Shown in pieces: positions 40,099-48,200 of a DNA stretch of 57,100 nt (within the stretch, counting starts at the first letter, position 1; the number at the start of each line of letters is the position of its first letter). The stretch covers positions 1 through 57,100 of the forward strand of contig CAZDAM010000007.1 of the NCBI GenBank assembly GCA_964503595.1. The letters are read 5' to 3'. The notes under the pieces were generated by a model. The model saw only the letters and a list, made by a program, of their open reading frames with translations, was not told the DNA's origin and did no database searches. Both the position numbers and the translations under genes were made by a program. The stretch comes from an uncultured bacterium. Lineage in GTDB: Bacteria; Muiribacteriota; UBA6191.

Positions 40099-40637
40099 GG
40101 ACTGCGGGCCTCCTGAATCCAGGCTTTGAGATTACTGAGCCGGGGATTTTGCAGAAACTGGTAGAGCAGTTGTTTTTCCCTGGATGTATTCAGACGGATG
40201 CGGCTTTGGACAAGAGTATTGGAGGATTGGGGAGTCGCTTTGACCAGCTCTTCTCCACCCGAACCCTTTTCAATCTCAAACTGGCCGGAATGAAACCCTA
40301 AAATCTGAAATCGGGTGTTATGGGGGCTTAAAAAGAGAATATAGGGTTTCTCTGGAATGCAATTGAGATGAACCCCGGATTCAGTGGTATAGCCCCCCCG
40401 GACTCCCCCCGGAATCTCAAGAATGATCGATCCTGGCCCACTGCCATCAATCCATTCCAGAACATCCCACTGCATCAGAGTCCAGACATGACCACCCTTA
40501 AATTCTGTCTGGGTCTTCTGGCATTGGGCTTTGACTACCAGACGTGAATTTTCCAGCATGGTATCAAGATCCATGGGTTTCAGGCTGGCTCCTGTAGCAG
40601 AACCGGAAATAAGAAAGAACAGCAAAAAGAATTTCAT
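40095..40637 (-). CDS. Secreted hypothetical protein, OB-fold-like family often found with matrixin-type proteases
   Basis: ATG at 40637 gives signal peptide MKFFLLFFLISGSATGA; MDLDTMLENSRLVV.A.C...G.VWT...V.E...G...I.LEIPGG...G...YILFL; ATGA overlap with the protease gene. Confidence 0.65.
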   Translation of the reverse strand: MKFFLLFFLISGSATGASLKPMDLDTMLENSRLVVKAQCQKTQTEFKGGHVWTLMQWDVLEWIDGSGPGSIILEIPGGVRGGYTTESGVHLNCIPEKPYILFLSPHNTRFQILGFHSGQFEIEKGSGGEELVKATPQSSNTLVQSRIRLNTSREKQLLYQFLQNPRLSNLKAWIQEARSP

Positions 40638-40728
40638 TTCTGATCCATATCGTTGGAATCCACCCACCCTATGAACAATTTTCGTCCAGATTCTCAGGGT
40701 TTTATCCAAAAATCCCGAAAAATTTTCT

Positions 40729-41826
40729 ATGCGTTCTCTTGCGCTTCTTCTTTTTCGTATAGGCCTGGTTCTGGTAAGTTCTGTTGTATTGCTTGTCAGC
40801 GGCTGTAATTCCGGTGATCCATTCAGGGATCCGATCCCGGCGAGTATTTCTGTGGCTTCTGTTTCTCCGGTGGAAAAAGCTGTGAATGTGGCTTTGGACA
40901 CAGATATTGTCGTGAGCTTTGCCCAGGGAGTGAATCCGGATTCGCTGACAGCATCTAATTTTATTGTAAGCCGGAAAAAATCCGGTACAACGGTATCCGG
41001 GAAAATCACCTATGATGCCACCAGTCTGAAGGCTACTCTGACTCCCTATCAGAGTCTGAAGCCCGGAGAGCAGTATGAAGTGGTTCTGAATCAAATCAAG
41101 GGGGCCAGCGGGGAGTTTCTGGCTCCTCATGTCTTTGAGTTTTCCACAGCATCCCTGTTTCAGGTTCTAAATGTTTCCCCTCAGCCTGAATCCGGTGGTA
41201 TTCCGGTCACAGGGGCCTCTCGTCGGGATATTGAAATTCTTTTTTCCGATAGTCTTGATGTTGCCAAAATCTCTGAAGCAGATTTCTTCGCCTGGGAGCA
41301 GTCCGAGGGGGACAGTCTTCCAACGACTCTGGATGCCCAGATTGTCTGGAATGAATCGGCCAGAACCCTGAGTTTGAAACCACGAAAAGGCCGCCTGAAG
41401 TATTCTCATACCTATCGGGTTGTCTTAAGACGAGCGACTTCCCTGAATGGTTCGGTGGCTGAACCCACCGAATGGGAATTTGAAACGATGAAAGCCAAGG
41501 TCAGTACAACAACCCCTTCCAATGGAGCCACCGGGATTCTTACCGATGTGCCGATCACCGTAACTTTCCCCATTCCTGTGGATCGGGAAACCGTACCGGG
41601 AAATATCCATCTGAAAGATGCCCAGGGTCTTCAGGAAGAATTCGTCTTTGCCCGGCCCTTCACCTATCAGGAAAATTCCGGAACGGTTGTTACTCTGCCG
41701 ATTGGTGATGATGATGAGAGCCATCTGAATCGTGGTACCCGCTACGAACTGATTGTAGATGGGGTACATAGTACGGACGGAGAGCGCTTTCAGCGTCTTC
41801 AGATCTGGTTTGATACGGTCCAGTAA
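40729..41826 (+). CDS. Lipoprotein with three Ig-like (Big_5/SbsA-type) domains
   Basis: Lipobox VSGC; repeats V.SVSP...V..D..I.V.F...VNP.S/L...P...LK....Y.V.L....W.F.T. Confidence 0.82.
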   Translation: MRSLALLLFRIGLVLVSSVVLLVSGCNSGDPFRDPIPASISVASVSPVEKAVNVALDTDIVVSFAQGVNPDSLTASNFIVSRKKSGTTVSGKITYDATSLKATLTPYQSLKPGEQYEVVLNQIKGASGEFLAPHVFEFSTASLFQVLNVSPQPESGGIPVTGASRRDIEILFSDSLDVAKISEADFFAWEQSEGDSLPTTLDAQIVWNESARTLSLKPRKGRLKYSHTYRVVLRRATSLNGSVAEPTEWEFETMKAKVSTTTPSNGATGILTDVPITVTFPIPVDRETVPGNIHLKDAQGLQEEFVFARPFTYQENSGTVVTLPIGDDDESHLNRGTRYELIVDGVHSTDGERFQRLQIWFDTVQ

Positions 41827-42815
41827 TGAGTCTTGAGCAATTGCTTGAATGGTATGAAACCCATAAAAGGGATCTGCCTTTTCGAAAATCCCGTGACGCC
41901 TGGGCTATTCTTGTCTCTGAAATCATGCTCCAGCAGACCAGAGTGGAAGCTGTTCTTCACTCATACCTGCGTTTCATGGAACGTTATCCTTCCCCCCGGG
42001 AATTTGCTCTTGCGACTGAAGAAGAGATTCTGGAAATCTGGCAGGGGCTTGGCTATTACCGGCGGGTTCGCATGCTGCATCAGGCAGCCCAGAAGCTGGC
42101 TTCACGGCCTTTACCTCAAAAGGCCGAAGAGTGGCAGAAACTTCCTGGAGTTGGAGATTACACGGCAGCGGCAGTTGCCTCAATTGCTCAGAATGAAGCG
42201 GTTGTAGTGCTGGATGGTAATGTGGAGAGAGTAGCCTCGCGCTATTTCGGTCTGAATCATCGGGCCCGGTCCCGTCGGGAGCGTCAGGTTTATAAGGATG
42301 CTCTGAATCAGGATCTCCTGGATTTTAAGCATCCGGATCTTTCCAATCAGGCCCTGATGGAACTTGGAGCCCTTGTCTGCCTTCCCAAAAATCCCCGCTG
42401 TGCGGATTGTCCTCTGCAACCGCGCTGCTATGCATCCCTTTATGACCTTCAGGAACATTTTCCTCCCAAAAAAGCGCCGGTGGAATTTGAAGAGATTCAA
42501 CTCTATGTTCTGCTCAGAGTCCGTGAGGGACAGCTTGAAACGGTGGGTACAGGATTTCGTGGTTATCAACCTGGTTTTTTACATCTGCCCTATCTGGAGC
42601 ATTCCAGGGAACTTCGAAAGGAAGAAATTCTTGAGGGATTTGGTATTTCGGATTTCCAGATTCTGGGAAGCTTTCGTCATTCCATAACCCGTTATCGGAT
42701 CCAGGTTCAGGTGATAACGGAAAAAGGGGCTGATTTTTCCGGGATCGGGGAGTTTTTTGGAGTCTTCTCCACGATCATGAAAAAAGCTTTGAAAATAGCT
42801 CGGATCGGGCTGTGA
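41826..42815 (+). CDS. mutY: A/G-specific adenine DNA glycosylase
   Basis: RDLPFR, VSEIMLQQTRV, WQGLGYYRR, HhH LPGVGDYTA, LDGNVERV, Fe-S motif CLPKNPRCADCPLQPRC. Confidence 0.93.
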   Translation: MSLEQLLEWYETHKRDLPFRKSRDAWAILVSEIMLQQTRVEAVLHSYLRFMERYPSPREFALATEEEILEIWQGLGYYRRVRMLHQAAQKLASRPLPQKAEEWQKLPGVGDYTAAAVASIAQNEAVVVLDGNVERVASRYFGLNHRARSRRERQVYKDALNQDLLDFKHPDLSNQALMELGALVCLPKNPRCADCPLQPRCYASLYDLQEHFPPKKAPVEFEEIQLYVLLRVREGQLETVGTGFRGYQPGFLHLPYLEHSRELRKEEILEGFGISDFQILGSFRHSITRYRIQVQVITEKGADFSGIGEFFGVFSTIMKKALKIARIGL

Positions 42816-42830
42816 TATACTCGCGCAATT

Positions 42831-43601
42831 ATGAGCACTGCATTTCAGATTCTTGCCTTTTATCTCATCCTTGGATTTGTCACCAACGGCCTGATTGGCT
42901 ATTACCCAAAAATTGATCCAAATCATGCGCCCATGATTGCAGCTCACATGAAGCTGGGTAAAATCTGTTCGCACTCCATGATGACTCTTCAGATGATAGC
43001 TCTGATTTACCTGATCATCCGGCGTTTTCAAATTGGCTCCTTTGTCAGGAAGCATCGGCTGGATTTGCCCAAAGGTTTGCAGGCCAGGGTTTTATATGCC
43101 TGTGTAGGGACTCCTCTGGTGATTTTCGGGTCCCTGAAAATCTATTTGGGTGGCAAGGCCTTTGAAACGGGTGAAATTGCTTTGACGGAAGCCAGCAAGG
43201 CGGCCCACTTTCATTCCAATATACTTTATCTCCTTCTGATCATTGCTGGACTTTTTCTGAGTGCTGCGGCTCTGGTCAGAATTGAGGAAGCCTGGAAAGA
43301 GGTTCGGAGAAAGGCCGGATTTGCCGTGTCACCGGACAAGTTTCTTGATGACAGCCATTCCCGCAACATGTGGTGGGCCTTCCGCTTTCTCTTTTTGGGA
43401 ATCAATGTCTGGTGGCCCTATCTCGTCCTTAAATATGCTGCTGGTCTTTCTTCCCTCAAGGGCCTGTGGTTCTTGCCTATTCACCTTGCTGGTGTGATTC
43501 CTTATGCAGTTCTGAAGCGAAAACACAAATTCAAGCGTACGATCAATCCGGAATATCCCGGCAAAATCAAGGCACGAGAGAAATATCAGGCACCAGCCTA
43601 A
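42831..43601 (+). CDS. Hypothetical polytopic membrane protein
   Basis: 256-aa ORF with about 6 hydrophobic segments, 15 bp after mutY; no recognised motif. Confidence 0.65.
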   Translation: MSTAFQILAFYLILGFVTNGLIGYYPKIDPNHAPMIAAHMKLGKICSHSMMTLQMIALIYLIIRRFQIGSFVRKHRLDLPKGLQARVLYACVGTPLVIFGSLKIYLGGKAFETGEIALTEASKAAHFHSNILYLLLIIAGLFLSAAALVRIEEAWKEVRRKAGFAVSPDKFLDDSHSRNMWWAFRFLFLGINVWWPYLVLKYAAGLSSLKGLWFLPIHLAGVIPYAVLKRKHKFKRTINPEYPGKIKAREKYQAPA

Positions 43602-43827
43602 TTGCGGCTCGCTTGCTTATTTGCTCTTTGGAGGCAACTGCATCAAAATCCTGAGGCTTTCCATATCTTCTGTATAGCAGTTGCAAGGTCTGAACTGCTT
43701 TTCGTTATCCCTGATTCTTGCGCATCAAATCGCGAACATAGTCGCTCGCATAACTGTGGCGAACCGGTCCGGTCCGACTTTTAAGCCATGCTTTCATTGG
43801 ACCGGTAAGGAATACATTATCTGAATA

Positions 43828-45234
43828 TCAGTTACTGGAGGAAAGGTGGATCTTATTCAGTCTTTCCTTGAAGCCGGCAAAGTCCTGGTCGATCATATAC
43901 ATGACGTTTTTGGCAATTTCCAGTTCCTGGGCTGTGGCATTGGGTTCCTTGGTAAATTTTTCCAGAATCCGGGAAAGCTTTTTGTAGGCCCGGCGGAAGT
44001 TGCAGTCTCCGATGGCAATGCGGTTCAGCCAGCTTTCGAAGCTGTCCTGCAGGTGCAGAAGATACTCGTTTTCCTGATTGATGTACTGGGAAAGAGCCTT
44101 GCACAGAAACAGAGCCAGTTTGGGATGAAAACGGCAGGTATCTTCAAGTTTTTCAATATTGAGACGAAAGGCCCGCACTGGCGAGATACATTTGAGGGTA
44201 TCGGGGTAGATGCCTTGGAATTTTTTCCCCAGAATCAGAGGATCCAGGAAGTGGATCATCTCTCCGGAAGTTGAGTAAAGATTAACCCGGCGATCATTGA
44301 CCATGGTTTCAATCTTGCCTTTCTTCAGGATGAAGAATTCGGTCTGCTTTTCCCCTTTCCGACAAAGGGTTGTGTTGATTCCAAGATAGGATTCCAGCTC
44401 TGCGGGCAGGGAGTCTTCCCGGAAATCAAACTCATGAAAGACTCTTTCCACTTCATCCTTTCGAATGATTCCGGCATCGGAGAGAGGAGGGAGGCTTGAG
44501 GCTTCACGCACAATTTTGGCCATCCAATCCTCGGAAGAAGTGCCTTCCTTGCGCCTTAGGGAAGTTATGATCCGGTTGTAGATTTCCCTATAGTTCAGGA
44601 GCTTGGAAATCAGGGCGTTATAGAGTTTTTCCACCTCATTAACTGAACTTCGGACTTTTCTCAGACGTGTGGCCAGGGTGGCACAGAGAGCCAGACCCAG
44701 TTGGGAATTGTTGATTACCGTACGCTTGAAGGTTTTTTCATCAGTGGAAATTTCCACGACTTCGGCTTCGGTCAGACATTTGATGGAGGCATTGCGGGTA
44801 CCATTTAAAATGGCGGCCATCTCCCCGAACTTGGTGCCAGTTCCTTTGATGGTTGTGATGACCTTGCCGTTTTCGTTGACATAGACACGGGCTTTTTCGA
44901 GGGAATCCTGAGGTGGGATTTCTTCCGTGGCCAAAACCTGCAGAACTCCGACTTTGAGGATATAGATGCTTTTGGCGATTTCACCCTGAAAGCAGATGTA
45001 ATCCCCGATCTTGAATTTACGTGTCGGCAGACGGCTGGCCTGGGCAGGAAATGCGGAATCCTCTCCCCCGATCTGGATTTTGAGGTAATCCAGGGAGAGG
45101 ATGTTGTTGATCATGTCTGCGGTAAGCCGAATTCCCTTGGTATAAACCACTTCCTTGGTTTTGGGATGAACAATGTCCTGACCAAGTACACTGCCAGGCC
45201 GGACATTCTCAATCGGGGTTAACTCCTCTGCCAT
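43828..45234 (-). CDS. Tandem cyclic-nucleotide-binding domain protein with small N-terminal domain and coiled coils
   Basis: N-terminal VRPGSVLGQDIV...G.RLT..MI; CAP domain 1 CFQGEIAKSIYILKVG...FGEMA...RNASI; degenerate CAP domain 2 CRKGEKQTEFFILKKG; no HTH or catalytic domain seen. Confidence 0.8.
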   Translation of the reverse strand: MAEELTPIENVRPGSVLGQDIVHPKTKEVVYTKGIRLTADMINNILSLDYLKIQIGGEDSAFPAQASRLPTRKFKIGDYICFQGEIAKSIYILKVGVLQVLATEEIPPQDSLEKARVYVNENGKVITTIKGTGTKFGEMAAILNGTRNASIKCLTEAEVVEISTDEKTFKRTVINNSQLGLALCATLATRLRKVRSSVNEVEKLYNALISKLLNYREIYNRIITSLRRKEGTSSEDWMAKIVREASSLPPLSDAGIIRKDEVERVFHEFDFREDSLPAELESYLGINTTLCRKGEKQTEFFILKKGKIETMVNDRRVNLYSTSGEMIHFLDPLILGKKFQGIYPDTLKCISPVRAFRLNIEKLEDTCRFHPKLALFLCKALSQYINQENEYLLHLQDSFESWLNRIAIGDCNFRRAYKKLSRILEKFTKEPNATAQELEIAKNVMYMIDQDFAGFKERLNKIHLSSSN

Positions 45235-45247
45235 GTTTTGCTCCGTT

Positions 45248-48200
45248 TTATGCAGCCTGTGCCTTGAGTATCAGGCTTTTCACCAGACGCTTGATGCGGG
45301 GGTTGGCCTCTTTCTGATCCATCACGCTCCGAAGCTGTCTTAAAGCGGTCTGTTTCTGATTCATTCTGAGATTCAGGACAGCCATTTCTACCATTCTCTC
45401 AGGATTGGGCTGAATTTGCTGCAAGCGGGCTAATTCATTGAGAGCTTCCTGAGTCATACCTTCATTGCGGAAAATTCGGGCCCGAATTTCGCGGGCACCG
45501 ATATGGTTTGAGGATTGGGAGAGAATTTTATCAGCGGTTTTTAAGGCATCCCTGAAACGATTGCAGTCAAGCTGGGCCTTGGCACAGGAGCTTAGTGCAT
45601 TGAGATTCCAGGGCTTGATCTTCAGGGACTCTTCAAGCAGGCGAGAAGCTGTTTCCGCTTCGCCTTTTTCCAGATGAATTTCTCCGAGTTCGAGCAAAAC
45701 AGCTGCGTTATGCCGATCTTCAGCCAGAATTTCCCTGAGCATCAGAATGGCCCTGTCCAGATGCCCGGCTTGGCGGCAGATGGAAGCAACCTTGAAGCGA
45801 AGGGCATGGTTTCCCGGAGCGTGCTTCAGATATTCCTCAAAGCATTCCACGGCCTTGAATTCCCTTCGGACTTCAAGCCAGAGATGACCCATTCTCAAGG
45901 CGACTTCGCGACTTTCTTTCTCATCTACCAGATTCTTGAGATTTTCCAATGCTTTAAGGGCCTGCAGGTGCATGCCGTTTTTTGAAGAAAGTTCGGCAAA
46001 CTCCCTGAGCAGACGAATATCTTTTGGGCGAGCTTCGCAAAGAGTTTTCAGATGCATCAGAGCGCTTTGATCATCCTTTTCCCGGCGGGCATCCTGATAG
46101 AGCCTGGCCCGCACATCAAGCTGGGATGGGTTGAGGCGGGCCAGTCTCTGATCGAACTCGTGGCGGACTTTATGATTGCCCAGAAGGCCCATCACAAAAC
46201 TCATGCGTTTCAGGGCGGCTGTATGCGCAGGGTCTTCTTTCAGAATTTCATTCAGAAATTCTCCGGAAAGCCGGAGATTCTTATGGCGATAGGCCAGAGT
46301 CGAGGCCAGTAGAAAGGAATTCTGCCAGGTTTTGGAAGAAAGGGCTTGATTTGCTTTCAGCTGAAGCAGACGGGAAAATTCTTGCAGAGCTTCTGTTTCA
46401 TTGGAAGAAGAAGCCAAAAGTTCGGCGTAGCTTTCGCATAGATTGGTGTTTTCGGGCTGGCATTTTACTCCGAGTTTCAGAACCTGAAGTTTCTGGGCTC
46501 CATCAAACCTTAAAACCAGGAGACTTTCTTCGGGGGCTTTTGGCCAGTCTTCCAAAAGCATCAGGATTTCTTCATCCTCGGCCTGGAGCCCGGACAGAGC
46601 CAGAAGAGCAAAGTGAAGGCCAGGAGTTTTAGGGGCCTTTTCATGAATTTGAGGCAAGAATTTGCGAATGGCCATCAGAGCTTCGCGTCCCAGATCCTGT
46701 GCTACCATCTGGATGAGGGAGTTCTGCAGTTCGACCCAGTCCTCATCTAGGGCAAGTTTTGGATCCAGTTTTCCAATCACATTTTCCAGAAAATCGGTCT
46801 GCATCAAGGCCGAACGGATTTTTAGCTCTATCCAGAAGATTTCTCCGTCACACGGTTCTAATTTCTGGTAATCCATGAGGGACTTCAAGGCTGCCTGATG
46901 CTGGTTTTTCAGGATCCAGGCTTTGGCCATCAGCTTGCGTGTATCCTTGGGTGCTTCCGTAGAATCCATAAGGGCATTGAGGCATTCCAGGGCTTTCTGT
47001 CCGTCTTTTAAGGCCAGGAGGGCCTGAGCTTGCAGGTAGGTTCTGCTGAGGAATAGAACGCTGTTCCGGGGGATTTGGGAGAGCCATTTTAGGGCAGCTT
47101 CAAAGCGCTTACCGCTCAGAAGAGCTCTGGCTGCCATCAGGGATATGCCGGGTCTGGAGACAAGTTCCTTGGGTAAACCCTTGAGATGGTGCAGAAATTC
47201 GAGGGGAGTCTGATTGGCTGTTTCAATCTGATAGAGGCTTTCCAGTGCTTCCATACGGCGGGAAGGGGAAGATGCCAGCACCTTCTGCCAGCTTTCCCGT
47301 GACTTTCTGAAATCGCCCTGCTCCCATTGGACTCCAGCGAGAAGGGCCCGAACCTGGCAGGGTTTGGAATCCTGGAATTCCAGGGATTTTTCTAACCACT
47401 GCGAGGCTTCAGCAAATTTCTGGAAATTGACGGCAATCAGGCCCAGAAAGAAGGTAGAGCGCTGGAAACCTGCAGAGATGTTATGAGTCAGTAAAAAGGC
47501 CTTTTCTGCTATTTCCAGACGGTTCTGGGCAAATGCCCTGGCAGCAAATTTATAGGGAAGTAACGGCACTTCACCCAAAGCATCCTCAAAATCCTTCAGA
47601 TCGGAGATCGAAAATTCCCGGTAAATGGCTTCAAAGGATTCCCGGCGACGTATCAGATGCAGGATTTTCTCGCCAAGGATGCGCCGGTATTCGGGGTTTT
47701 TGGAGAGATTGAGCAGAAGGCGCAGAGTCTGGGGAAAACGGCAGGCATTTTCCGAGGCTTTTGCCCAGACCATCAGGAAGCGGGGTTCCAGATTGTCCTT
47801 CAGTTTTTCAAAATGGGAGCAGGCTTCCCCGAAGCGTCCGATTTCAGTCAGAAGCAGGGCCTGACGGAGTCTCTGTTCCTGATCTTCCGGAGTGACTTCC
47901 AGAAGTCGGCTTCCATAGATGGCGGCCAGATCCGGGTCTTCATTTCGGCAAAGGCGGAAAAGCTCGGTAAGGCCCGAGGGATCATCAGCCAGAACCTGAG
48001 GAGCCTTTTCCAGATAACTCATCATGGTGGCATCCAGAAGATCCTTGCGGGCTATTTCCACCAGGCAGCGCCAGGCCTTCAGATCGACGGGTTTTTCTTC
48101 AAGGGCAAGCCTCAGATGCCTCAAAGCCTCGGTCTGATCACGCAGGCCCAGGTAGCAGCGCATGAATTCAAAATGGGTTCCCAGCGGTGAGAATGTTTCT

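Noticed and set aside
40638-41009. Long N-terminal extension of the 40095-41009 ORF
   Set aside because: It overlaps the divergent Big_5 lipoprotein; the ATG at 40637 gives a clean signal peptide.
43602-43827. 226-bp gap between convergent genes; 30-aa minus-strand ORF MKAWLKSRTGPVRH... and possible ncRNA
   Set aside because: No recognisable protein motif and no tmRNA, SRP, 6S or riboswitch hallmarks that I can support.
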